Positions 9,299 to 17,480 of a stretch of 39,273 nt of DNA are shown in pieces. Source of the DNA: Candidatus Campbellbacteria bacterium (lineage in GTDB: Bacteria > Patescibacteriota > Minisyncoccia > Phycocordibacterales > GCA-2747955); contig PDQZ01000003.1 of the NCBI GenBank assembly GCA_002747955.1, forward strand, positions 1-39,273, in the 5' to 3' direction. Numbering within the stretch: position 1 is the first letter of the stretch; every line of letters starts with the position of its first letter. The notes beneath the pieces are model-generated. The model was not told where the DNA came from. It did no database searches and saw only the letters and a program-made list of their open reading frames with translations. Made by a program: the position numbers and the translations under genes.

Positions 9299-10204
9299 AT
9301 GAGCACGCAAAAAATTAAAAAATTAATTCTTTCCATGGAAAAAGAATTGAAAAGAATTGAAAAAACACTAAACGAAATTAGTAATTCTTTGCAAAAAGAA
9401 ATCATAATTGTCGAAAACGGTGTTGTGGACATCAAGGGGGCCGAAAAAATTATGGGTTCAAAACAATTTTTGGGACCAGAAGATATTAAAAATACCTTTG
9501 ATTTTTATCCTGAAAATATTCCAGCGATTCCTTTTTCTTGGAAAGAGCTGGAGAGAGCTAGGGATTTTGGGCAACACTTAATTCTTTATGTCGAAAAAAC
9601 TAATGACGGGAAACCATTTACTGTTAAAGAAATGGTTGATATTGTGGACAATAAAACAAGTGAGGGGGAAGAAATTTTTTGTTTTAAAACCCATATACAA
9701 GATGATGAAATCTTGAAAGAGCAAACTCCAAGGAGCGGTTGGAGATTAACAGGCCCTGAAGTTGTTAAGGACAGTACGCAGAAAAATTATCTTGAACAAA
9801 CGGATGTTTTGATATCTTATCTTCAGAATGAGGTTTTTGAAAACCAAGAAGTTCCTGAAGTATATCAAAATGCCATTGATCAGTTTTTAGAAAGAAAAGT
9901 TGAGTTTAAAAAGGAGATAGCCTATTCACCTTATTGGGAAGAAGTGACAAAAAAACTTTCAGAAATTTCAATAAGTCAGCTTTTAAGAGAAAGGTCGAGT
10001 GAAATCATATATCGGTTAATTTTACAAGAGAGAAAATATGGAATTAAAGATTTTATTTCAGGAAGCTCTCTATCAAACTCAATAGGTACGAACGGTAAGA
10101 TTGTACATGTTGACATGCACAAACCCAGTGATTGGCATGTCGGAGGAGTGAGAGCGTGTAAAGGTGCTTGGAGATTGGGAGTTTGTTTTTCTCGAGGTGT
10201 GTGA
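9299..10204 (+). CDS. Hypothetical protein; C-terminus resembles CLec-type DGR variable proteins
   Basis: GAGGAG 8 nt before ATG 9299; N-terminal coiled coil; ends ...GKIVHVD...LGVCFSRGV; resemblance is from recall, not a search. Confidence 0.6.
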   Translation: MSTQKIKKLILSMEKELKRIEKTLNEISNSLQKEIIIVENGVVDIKGAEKIMGSKQFLGPEDIKNTFDFYPENIPAIPFSWKELERARDFGQHLILYVEKTNDGKPFTVKEMVDIVDNKTSEGEEIFCFKTHIQDDEILKEQTPRSGWRLTGPEVVKDSTQKNYLEQTDVLISYLQNEVFENQEVPEVYQNAIDQFLERKVEFKKEIAYSPYWEEVTKKLSEISISQLLRERSSEIIYRLILQERKYGIKDFISGSSLSNSIGTNGKIVHVDMHKPSDWHVGGVRACKGAWRLGVCFSRGV

Positions 10205-10262
10205 AGGTAACCGAAATTTGCGTAAGCAAATTTCGGTTTCAAAAAAGTCTGCGTTTTTTAAT

Positions 10263-10290
10263 AAGCCGAGCAATTTTGCTTGGCTTTTTT
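10263..10290 (+). terminator. Intrinsic terminator
   Basis: AAGCCGAGCAA-TT-TTGCTTGGCTT plus T-run. Confidence 0.65.
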
Positions 10291-10292
10291 TT

Positions 10293-10333
10293 GCACGATT
10301 TTGGCTGCGTGGTTGTGTTTGTCAAAATCGTGC
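10293..10333 (-). repeat. 15-nt-loop hairpin family copy (reverse orientation)
   Basis: Reverse complement GCACGATTTTGAC-AAACACAACCACGCA-GCCAAAATCGTGC. Confidence 0.85.
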
Positions 10334-10348
10334 TTTTGTATACTAAAC

Positions 10349-10385
10349 ATAAAGCGCGCGCAGCCTTCGGCTGCGCGCGCTTTAT
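10349..10385. repeat. GC-rich TTC/GAA triloop hairpin, copy 2
   Basis: ATAAAGCGCGCGCAGCC-TTC-GGCTGCGCGCGCTTTAT, 17-bp perfect stem. Confidence 0.9.
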
Positions 10386-10409
10386 TTTCATTTATGTTAT
10401 AATATCCCT

Positions 10410-12095
10410 ATGATTTTAAAAATAAAAAAAGAAATACAAGAAAACATTTTACAAGCTCTGGAAGAGCTTGGAATTGTCTATGCAGGAAAAATTTCTGTTG
10501 AAAATCCAGATGTTTTAAAAATGGGTGATTTTTCTTCAAACATCGCAATGGTTCTATCAAAACAAGAAAAAACATGTCCGCGTGAACTTGCACAACAAAT
10601 CATCACAAAAATTCAGCCAAATCAAAATATCGCAAAAGTTGAAGTTGCAGGTCCAGGTTTTATAAACTTCTTTTTGTCAAAAAAATATTTTTCAGATTTT
10701 GTAAATGACGAACATTTAAATCTAAATATTTTAAAAAACAAAAAGTTTTTAATCGAACACTCTTCACCAAACTTGTTCAAACCATTTCACATTGGACATT
10801 TGGTAAATAACGCAGTAGGGGAATCTTTATTTAGAGTTTTTCAATTTGCCAAAGCAGATATTAAACAAATTTCTTTTCCATCGGACAAATCACTTGGAAT
10901 TGCCAAAACAGTTTGGGGTCTAAAACACAAAATGCAACAAGAAAAAAACGAATTAGTTTTTGACATTAAGTCTTTTGGTGATGCATATGTTTTGGGAACA
11001 CAAGAATTTGAAAAATCAGAAGATGTTAAAAACGAAGTAATTCAAATCAACAAAGACATTTACAACGAAGAAGGGGAGAACTTTGAAATTTACAAAAAAG
11101 GAGTTGAAATTTCAAAGCAATATTTTCTAGACATTACAAAAAGACTTGGATCAAGATTTGACGGATTTATTTACGAATCAGAGTCAGAAGAGGTTGGAAA
11201 AGAAATTATTCAAAACAATATTGGAAAAGTTTTCAAAAAATCAGAAGGGGCAATTATTTTTGAAGGTTCAAAATACGGTGTTTACGACAATGTTTTCATA
11301 AACAGTGACGGTTTTGCCACTTATTCTGGAAAAGACTTAGGACTTTTACAAAAAAAGTTTAGTCTTTACGACTTTGACAAATCAATTACTTTAACAGACA
11401 TTGAGCAAAAAGGGCATTTTCAAGTTGTTAAAAAAGCAGCAGGTTTGATTGAAAAAAGTTGGGAAGAAGATTCAGAATATATTTCACACGGACGACTTGG
11501 TTTTGCGGGCAATGTTAAAATTTCATCAAGATACGGAAACGTACCACTAGCAGCTGACTTAATTGATAAAGTAAAAGAAAGCATTAAAGAAAAAATTAAA
11601 GATCGTGATTTTGAAAAAAAAGAGCAGGAGGAAATAATGGAAAAACTTGCCATTGGAACTTTAAAATACACAATTTTGAAAGTTTCATGTGGTAAAAATA
11701 TGGTTTTTGATTTTCAAAAAGCTTTATCTTTACAAGGAAACACTGAATCTTATTTAAATTATTCTCTTGTTAGAGCTTTGTCAGTTTTGGAAAAAACTAA
11801 TCAAGAAAACACAAAAGAAGATGCTCAAAAAACAAGCGATGTTTCAGAATTTGAACAAAATTTATGTCGTTTCGATGATATAATTTTAAAAGTTATAGAA
11901 TCTTATTCTCCGCACCACTTGGCAAATTATTTACATCAAATTGCAACAGATTTTAATTCATTTTACGCTGAAACAAAAATCTTAGATCAAGAAAATCAGA
12001 ATTATTTGTATAATTTAAAATTAACAAAAAAGTTTTCAAAAATTATGCAAAAAGGACTTGATTTGCTTGGAATTCAATTTGTAGAGAAAATGTAA
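10410..12095 (+). CDS. argS: Arginine-tRNA ligase
   Basis: GDFSSNIAM, VAGPGFINF, EHSSPNLFKPFHIGH (HIGH), KISSRYG, C-terminal DALR-type FNSFY. Confidence 0.96.
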   Translation: MILKIKKEIQENILQALEELGIVYAGKISVENPDVLKMGDFSSNIAMVLSKQEKTCPRELAQQIITKIQPNQNIAKVEVAGPGFINFFLSKKYFSDFVNDEHLNLNILKNKKFLIEHSSPNLFKPFHIGHLVNNAVGESLFRVFQFAKADIKQISFPSDKSLGIAKTVWGLKHKMQQEKNELVFDIKSFGDAYVLGTQEFEKSEDVKNEVIQINKDIYNEEGENFEIYKKGVEISKQYFLDITKRLGSRFDGFIYESESEEVGKEIIQNNIGKVFKKSEGAIIFEGSKYGVYDNVFINSDGFATYSGKDLGLLQKKFSLYDFDKSITLTDIEQKGHFQVVKKAAGLIEKSWEEDSEYISHGRLGFAGNVKISSRYGNVPLAADLIDKVKESIKEKIKDRDFEKKEQEEIMEKLAIGTLKYTILKVSCGKNMVFDFQKALSLQGNTESYLNYSLVRALSVLEKTNQENTKEDAQKTSDVSEFEQNLCRFDDIILKVIESYSPHHLANYLHQIATDFNSFYAETKILDQENQNYLYNLKLTKKFSKIMQKGLDLLGIQFVEKM

Positions 12096-12104
12096 AATAA
12101 AAAT

Positions 12105-12380
12105 ATGAAAAAACCAAAAATTTTATTTTTCATATTTTTTATTTTGTTACAATTATACTTAATATATTTTGCATTTAGATATGAAAGTATAGAAAAGTAT
12201 ATTACAAATTATTATTTAAATAAAAATGAAAAAATCCAATACCAAATTTCAAATATCAATTGTACTAGAACCAAATGTTTTGTTAATTTAAAAAACACAC
12301 AAAATCAAAAAAACAGAAATATCACAGTTTTATTATTTCCATTTCCAGAAGTTTGGCGTGATACAAAATATCTTCCTTAA
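12105..12380 (+). CDS. Small membrane-anchored hypothetical protein
   Basis: 91 aa, N-terminal TM helix, CxxxxC; follows argS by 9 nt. Confidence 0.6.
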   Translation: MKKPKILFFIFFILLQLYLIYFAFRYESIEKYITNYYLNKNEKIQYQISNINCTRTKCFVNLKNTQNQKNRNITVLLFPFPEVWRDTKYLP

Positions 12381-12394
12381 AAAATTAATAAAAG

Positions 12395-12444
12395 AAGCCC
12401 GAAAATTTGGTCCACACAACCACACAAGCCAAATTTTCGGGCTT
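12395..12444 (+). repeat. 15-nt-loop hairpin family copy
   Basis: AAGCCCGAAAATTTGG-t-CCACACAACCACACA-ag-CCAAATTTTCGGGCTT. Confidence 0.85.
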
Positions 12445-12479
12445 TTTAACTTGATTTTTAATATAAAATATATATAAAT

Positions 12480-12740
12480 ATGACAAATAACAATCAAACA
12501 GCAATTTTAAATATCACAATTCCAAAAAATACCAAAGCTGATTTTCAAGCTTTAGCAAAAAATATGGGTACAACTCCGTCAAATTTAATCAAAATGTTTA
12601 TCACACAAAGTTTAAACAGCGACGAAATCACATTTTCAACAAACACTGAAAATACTTTAAAAACAGAACAATTTTCAAAACAAGAACAAGAAGATTTATT
12701 GAATAATGAAAGTATTAAAAATAACATTTCGAAAATGTAA
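12480..12740 (+). CDS. RelB/DinJ-like ribbon-helix-helix antitoxin, no adjacent toxin
   Basis: AILNITIPKNTKADFQALAKNMGTTPSNLIKMFITQ fits the RHH pattern of RelB/DinJ. Confidence 0.65.
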   Translation: MTNNNQTAILNITIPKNTKADFQALAKNMGTTPSNLIKMFITQSLNSDEITFSTNTENTLKTEQFSKQEQEDLLNNESIKNNISKM

Positions 12741-12760
12741 GGCTTGCTTAAAAAATAAAA

Positions 12761-12800
12761 CACGATTTTGACTCGCGCAACTAAACACGTCAAAACCGTG
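12761..12800. repeat. Divergent loop-family hairpin
   Basis: CACGATTTTGAC-16 nt-GTCAAAACCGTG. Confidence 0.7.
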
Positions 12801-12849
12801 CTTTTTTATTTCCCCAAATTGAAAGTTTGTAGTATAATTTAAAAATATT

Positions 12850-14073
12850 ATGAAAAAATTATACATCGTAGCAAATTTTGGAGAAGTTTATTTAAAAGGA
12901 CAAAACATTTCTTTTTTTGAAAAAAAACTTTTTCAATCTTTAAATTTAAAAATCAAAAAAATTAAACACAAGATCAAATTTGATAAAAAAAGTGGAGGTT
13001 CTTTTTTTATCAAACTTTCAGAAGACATTACAAATGATGAAATAAATTTTCTAGAACAAAGTATTAAAAACACTTTTGGTTTTTCAAACTATTACAAAGC
13101 ATATTTTGCACAAGATTTTTCAATGGAAAGTTTAGAAAAAACCGTTTTGGACTTTCTAGAAGATTTTGATTTTTCAAAAAAAGAAATCCAAACTTTCGGT
13201 GTGCATACAGAAAAAGTTTCACACAACGACAAGCTTAAAACTCAAAATGTAAATGTTCAAATCGGTTCTGCAGTTTACAATTTTTTAGAAAAAAAGTTTG
13301 GGAAGATAAAAGTGGATTTAGACAATCCAGATTTTGTTATAAATATTAAAATCAGAAATGACAAAGTTTTAGTTTTTGGAACACCAAAACAAGCGTTAGG
13401 TGGACTTCCAACAGGTGCCATTGGAAAAAACATTGTTTTGCTTTCAGGAGGTTTTGACTCACCAGTTGCATCTTTTTTAGCTCAAAAAAGGGGACTTGAA
13501 ACATATTTTGCCCACTTTCACTCAGTTCCTAAAACAGACAAAAGGTCGATAGAGAAAGTTAAAGAACTTGCAAATGAACTTGTTAAATTTCAAGGTTTTG
13601 GAAAGCTTTTTTTAGTACCAATTATTGATATTCAAAAAGACATTGTTCAAAATGCAGAAAGAAGATATTCTATTTTGTTGCAAAGAAGAGCTTTTTTGGA
13701 AATCGCAGAGCAAATTTCAAAACAATACAATCTAGAAGCACAAGTTTTTACAACAGGAGACAGTTTAGGACAAGTTGCTTCACAAACTTTAGAAAACTTA
13801 GTGACAGTTTCAGAGAAACTTGATGATCACAATTTGATTTTAAGACCGTTGATCACTTACGACAAACAAGAAATTTTAGAACTTGCAAAAAAAATTAACA
13901 CTTACAAAATTTCAGAACGTCCACATCAAGATGCTTGCGAACTTTTTGTACCAGATAAACCTGAAACAAGATCAGTTTTAGAAAAAGTGAAAGAAGAAGA
14001 AAAAAACTTAGATAAATTTTTAATCCAAAAAGCAATTGATAACACAGAAGTGATAAATTTAAAAATTGATTAA
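12850..14073 (+). CDS. thiI: tRNA 4-thiouridine synthase ThiI
   Basis: GEVYLKGQN, THUMP domain, LLSGGFDSPVA PP-loop, TGDSLGQVASQT, LRPLITYDKQEI. Confidence 0.95.
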   Translation: MKKLYIVANFGEVYLKGQNISFFEKKLFQSLNLKIKKIKHKIKFDKKSGGSFFIKLSEDITNDEINFLEQSIKNTFGFSNYYKAYFAQDFSMESLEKTVLDFLEDFDFSKKEIQTFGVHTEKVSHNDKLKTQNVNVQIGSAVYNFLEKKFGKIKVDLDNPDFVINIKIRNDKVLVFGTPKQALGGLPTGAIGKNIVLLSGGFDSPVASFLAQKRGLETYFAHFHSVPKTDKRSIEKVKELANELVKFQGFGKLFLVPIIDIQKDIVQNAERRYSILLQRRAFLEIAEQISKQYNLEAQVFTTGDSLGQVASQTLENLVTVSEKLDDHNLILRPLITYDKQEILELAKKINTYKISERPHQDACELFVPDKPETRSVLEKVKEEEKNLDKFLIQKAIDNTEVINLKID

Positions 14074-14090
14074 AATAAAAACTCAAAAAA

Positions 14091-14131
14091 GCCCGATTTT
14101 GACCCACACACCCACCCAGTCAAAATCGGGC
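14091..14131 (+). repeat. 15-nt-loop hairpin family copy
   Basis: GCCCGATTTTGAC-CCACACACCCACCCA-GTCAAAATCGGGC; 40/41 identical to 37292-37332. Confidence 0.9.
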
Positions 14132-14151
14132 TTTTGTCAAATTATAAAAAT

Positions 14152-14180
14152 TTGACAAACAAAATACAAAGGTGTATAAT
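14152..14180 (+). promoter_or_regulatory. Consensus sigma70 promoter P1 of peptide array
   Basis: TTGACA-N17-TATAAT. Confidence 0.85.
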
Positions 14181-14222
14181 GCCAATCTAATTCTTTAAAA
14201 ACAAATATAGAAGGAGCAAAAA

Positions 14223-14339
14223 ATGAAAGATCTAATGGTTCTTTTGGTTGTTATAGCATTTTTTGCCACATATATGTGGCTTAATTACTTAAACCTCAAA
14301 AGAGGTGCAAAAATTGAACAAAAGGAGGTGGTTAAATGA
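14223..14339 (+). CDS. Small membrane peptide A (38 aa) MKDLMVLLVVIAFFATYMWLNYLNLKRGAKIEQKEVVK
   Basis: AGGAG SD; one TM helix plus charged tail; stop overlaps next start (ATGA). Confidence 0.75.
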   Translation: MKDLMVLLVVIAFFATYMWLNYLNLKRGAKIEQKEVVK

Positions 14340-14464
14340 GAAAGGTTAGAAAAACCTTTGGTCAAAGAACAACAGAAACCTTAAACCAGATTATGTTCTG
14401 GCAAGGTTTTGTTGCGGCAAGTACCATTTGGGGAGTTTTATTTTTTTTATTTGTTGTTAAATAA
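14336..14464 (+). CDS. Small membrane peptide B (42 aa) MRKVRKTFGQRTTETLNQIMFWQGFVAASTIWGVLFFLFVVK
   Basis: AAGGAGGT SD; basic N-terminus plus C-terminal TM helix. Confidence 0.75.
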   Translation: MRKVRKTFGQRTTETLNQIMFWQGFVAASTIWGVLFFLFVVK

Positions 14465-14482
14465 AAATACAAGGGGCACAAA

Positions 14483-14575
14483 ATGAAAACCTTAGAATTC
14501 TTTTTATACACACTGCTTGCAATAGCAACAGCTATTGCTTTAGCAATGGGTATGGCAACAATTATAATAACTTAA
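14483..14575 (+). CDS. Small membrane peptide C (30 aa) MKTLEFFLYTLLAIATAIALAMGMATIIIT
   Basis: AAGGGG SD-like; hydrophobic helix; terminator directly after. Confidence 0.65.
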   Translation: MKTLEFFLYTLLAIATAIALAMGMATIIIT

Positions 14576-14577
14576 AA

Positions 14578-14609
14578 AAAACCACCTTTGGTTTTCCAAA
14601 GGTGGTTTT
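14578..14609 (+). terminator. Terminator after peptides A-C
   Basis: AAAACCACCTTTGG-TTTT-CCAAAGGTGGTTTT. Confidence 0.8.
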
Positions 14610-14639
14610 CACTTTTCCCAAAAACTTACAAAAAAGGTG

Positions 14640-14668
14640 TTGACACAAAAAACATAAACTGTTAGAAT
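14640..14668 (+). promoter_or_regulatory. Sigma70 promoter P2 of peptide array
   Basis: TTGACA-N17-TAGAAT with TG-n extended -10. Confidence 0.8.
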
Positions 14669-14711
14669 GAATATAGGTTAAATAAAACAACGGCAACAAA
14701 GGAGGTATATT

Positions 14712-14828
14712 ATGTTCCCGGTTTTTACAATCTTGGCTATCGGGCTACTGTCAGCCTTTGTAGCCGCAGGTCTTTTAGGACTCGTTTTATTTGCTTATTT
14801 CGGGTTCGAAAAGTTTATCCATCATTAA
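14712..14828 (+). CDS. Small membrane peptide D (38 aa) MFPVFTILAIGLLSAFVAAGLLGLVLFAYFGFEKFIHH
   Basis: AAAGGAGGT SD; long Gly/Ala-rich hydrophobic helix; own promoter and terminator. Confidence 0.8.
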   Translation: MFPVFTILAIGLLSAFVAAGLLGLVLFAYFGFEKFIHH

Positions 14829-14854
14829 CAAAACTAGTTTTTAGTTTTTACAAC

Positions 14855-14878
14855 AGGCTCGTTCAACGAGCCTTTTTT
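14855..14878 (+). terminator. Terminator after peptide D
   Basis: AGGCTCGTT-C-AACGAGCCT-TTTTT. Confidence 0.8.
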
Positions 14879-14902
14879 AATCAAAATTAAGGTAGGAGAA
14901 AA

Positions 14903-14992
14903 ATGGTTCACAATATACTATTTCTGGTTGGTGTTGCAGGAGTTTTGACCTTTATTGGATTTGGGGCTTATCTTTTTCTGCACAAAAAATAA
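14903..14992 (+). CDS. Small membrane peptide E (29 aa) MVHNILFLVGVAGVLTFIGFGAYLFLHKK
   Basis: TAAGGTAGGAG SD; TM helix with basic C-terminus. Confidence 0.75.
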   Translation: MVHNILFLVGVAGVLTFIGFGAYLFLHKK

Positions 14993-14999
14993 AAACTTA

Positions 15000-15027
15000 A
15001 AAAACTCGTTTTCCAAAACGAGTTTTT
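15000..15027. terminator. Bidirectional terminator
   Basis: AAAAACTCGTTTT-CC-AAAACGAGTTTTT between convergent genes. Confidence 0.75.
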
Positions 15028-15717
15028 CTATTTTTTCTTTTCTTTAATATATTTTCCCATTTTAAACCAAAACTCTTTTTTCTTTTCAAAATTCGTCTTT
15101 CGACTTTGCTTAGCTTCTGCAAAAAACTGATTGATTTTGTGTTCAGGCACTTGTTTGAACATTCCAATATAAAAAGAAAAAGATCCATACCCGAAAGCGG
15201 CATTTTCTCCAAAATAATTTCGAATAGTATCAACAAGCTCTTGCATTTCAGAGTGGTATTTTTTTTCTCGATTTAAAATATTGTCAGTATTTAAAAGTTC
15301 AGAAATAGAACTTGTAGAACCTTTTTTTTTGCTTTTTTCAGAAATTGATTTTTTCTGTCTTTTGTTTGGGAAAAAAGATTTTAAATTTTTGTTTTGACAA
15401 TTTTTAATTTCAAAGGGATTTTTCAAATATTTTTTAATCTGATTTATCTCAAAATTTTCAACAATTTTTCCATCTTTAAAATCTCCACTTTTTGAAAGTT
15501 TTAGTTTTTTAATCTCGATTTTTCCACTTCGAATTTCTTCTTTTAAATCAGAAACATTTTGAATTTTCAAAACAACAGCTTTTGATTTTTTGTTTCCCTC
15601 AATTATTTCAAACATATCTCCAACTTTAAAATTGACATTTGAAAAAAACTTCAAAAACTTTCTGTTTTTTGAAATTTCCCTAACAGACCTTTTTGTCAAA
15701 AGTGTTAAAATCTTCAT
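15028..15717 (-). CDS. Hypothetical protein; N-terminus resembles PriA 3'-DNA-binding domain
   Basis: 229 aa, TG-n-TATAAT 6 nt before ATG; F-S...VGDMFEI...KAVVLKIQNVSDLKEEIR pattern; no helicase motifs. Confidence 0.6.
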   Translation of the reverse strand: MKILTLLTKRSVREISKNRKFLKFFSNVNFKVGDMFEIIEGNKKSKAVVLKIQNVSDLKEEIRSGKIEIKKLKLSKSGDFKDGKIVENFEINQIKKYLKNPFEIKNCQNKNLKSFFPNKRQKKSISEKSKKKGSTSSISELLNTDNILNREKKYHSEMQELVDTIRNYFGENAAFGYGSFSFYIGMFKQVPEHKINQFFAEAKQSRKTNFEKKKEFWFKMGKYIKEKKK

Positions 15718-15760
15718 GCTTATATTATAACAAAAAATAAACTTGTGTTAAAATAAAAAC

Positions 15761-16423
15761 ATGACAAAAATACCAAATCAAAATATAATAGAGATTTTTA
15801 ACTTCCGATATGCTTGCAAAAAATTCAACCCAAACAAAAAAGTGACTAAAAAAGATCAAGAAACTATTTTAGAAGCAGGGCGACTCTCTCCATCTTCTTT
15901 TGGAATCGAGCCTTGGGATTTTGTAGTTGTTCAAACTAAAAAAGCAAAAGCTGAACTCTCAGAAACAGTTCCAATTACAAACAAAACCAAAATCAAAACC
16001 GCATCTTTTGTTGTTATTATTTTAAACAAAACAAAAAACAGTTTAGATGTAAATTCAAACTATATTGAAAAATTGTTTTCAAAATTCAAAAAATTAAATT
16101 TTGTTGTTAAGAGGGGTTTGAAATTTGTATATGGAAAATTTATTATTTCAAGCTTAAAAACAGAAGAAAAAATAAACGCTTGGTCTCAAAAACAAACACA
16201 CATTCCACTTGCAAATATGTTAACAACTTCAGCCATGCTTGAAATCGACTCAATTCCAATGGAGGGGTTTTACCAGCAAAAAGTTTTAGATTTTTTAAAA
16301 CAAAACAATTACGATATTTCCAACAAAGAAGTTTCGGTTTTGGCAGCCTTCGGGTATTCAGCTGAAAAAAGACCAAAAGAAAAATTAAGACGAGATTTTG
16401 AAGATGTGGTAACTTTTTTGTAA
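15761..16423 (+). CDS. Nitroreductase family (NfsB-like) flavoprotein
   Basis: RYACKKFN, LSPSSFGIEPWDF, IDSIPMEGF, AAFGYSA. Confidence 0.9.
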   Translation: MTKIPNQNIIEIFNFRYACKKFNPNKKVTKKDQETILEAGRLSPSSFGIEPWDFVVVQTKKAKAELSETVPITNKTKIKTASFVVIILNKTKNSLDVNSNYIEKLFSKFKKLNFVVKRGLKFVYGKFIISSLKTEEKINAWSQKQTHIPLANMLTTSAMLEIDSIPMEGFYQQKVLDFLKQNNYDISNKEVSVLAAFGYSAEKRPKEKLRRDFEDVVTFL

Positions 16424-16544
16424 CCCCTTTACTTTTTATCAAAATAATATATAATATATACATAAACGCTTCGGCCAGCACTTCCCGTGCCCGCCGAAGT
16501 TTTTTTAAAAAACAATAAAAACAAAACCAAGCCAAAACTTGATT

Positions 16545-16790
16545 TTATTTTATAATGTTTGCTTTCTTCAAAACTTTGTAAGCTCCGTGTTTTGCAATTG
16601 TTTTAATTGCTCTTGTTGACAAGTTTAGGTTATAAGTTTTTCCTGTTTCTTCAACAAACACTCTTTTCTTTTGAATATTAGCTTGTTTTCTTTTTTTTCC
16701 TGTTGGATTAAACTCTGTTGCACGAATTCTGTTTGAATATCCTCCACCAACTGTTGAGCTTTTTTTTGTTACATCACATTTTTTACTCAT
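16545..16790 (-). CDS. rpmB: 50S ribosomal protein L28
   Basis: MSKKCDVTKK...GGYSN...KRKQANIQKKR...LNLSTRAIKTI. Confidence 0.93.
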   Translation of the reverse strand: MSKKCDVTKKSSTVGGGYSNRIRATEFNPTGKKRKQANIQKKRVFVEETGKTYNLNLSTRAIKTIAKHGAYKVLKKANIIK

Positions 16791-16841
16791 AATTTTTTAT
16801 TAGTTATGTTATAATAACATAAATTAATTTTTTTACAAGTT

Positions 16842-17480
16842 ATGATAACAACAGAATCAATCATATTTTTTATTATTTTAATAATTTCAATTATCGTGCA
16901 CGAACTTGCTCACGGATATACAGCCTTATTTTTAGGAGATCACACAGCCGAAAACAAAGGCCGATTAACTTTGAACCCAATTGCACACGCTGATTTGTTT
17001 GGAACAATAATACTTCCTTTAATTTTTCTACTTTCAGGTTCATCTTTCTTTTTTGGTTTTGCCAAACCCGTGCCTTATAACCCAGAAAATTTAAAAAATA
17101 AAAAATGGGGAGAAACAATAGTAGCTATTGCCGGTCCAATTTCAAATATTATTTTAGCTTTATTTTTCCTTTTGCTTTTATTTCTTTTTACTCACACAGG
17201 TTTTGGAAACGAGCTTGTTTTAAAAGTTTTAAATTTATCAATTTTAATTAACATTTTGCTTGCTGTTTTTAATTTGTTGCCAATCCCACCACTTGATGGA
17301 TCAAAAGTTTTGTTTGATTTAATTAAAAATTACAAAGTTAAATATTACAAACCAGTTTTAAACTTTTTTCACAAATATCAACTTTTAATTTTTATTGCTT
17401 TTTTATTCGTTCTAATTTCAACAAATTTTTTAGGAAAAATAGTTTATCCAATTTATCAATTTTTAATTAATTTAATATAA
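16842..17480 (+). CDS. Site-2 protease (peptidase M50)
   Basis: HELAH, GRLTLNP, AIAGPISN, FNLLPIPPLDGS. Confidence 0.93.
   Translation: MITTESIIFFIILIISIIVHELAHGYTALFLGDHTAENKGRLTLNPIAHADLFGTIILPLIFLLSGSSFFFGFAKPVPYNPENLKNKKWGETIVAIAGPISNIILALFFLLLLFLFTHTGFGNELVLKVLNLSILINILLAVFNLLPIPPLDGSKVLFDLIKNYKVKYYKPVLNFFHKYQLLIFIAFLFVLISTNFLGKIVYPIYQFLINLI

Noticed and set aside
9299-10400. Complete diversity-generating retroelement
   Set aside because: No reverse transcriptase, Avd or template repeat in the window; kept only as a possible remote target
14223-14339. Peptide A as a type IV pilin (LLVVIA resembles TLIELLVVIA)
   Set aside because: No G/F prepilin cleavage site or Glu+5, and no globular domain
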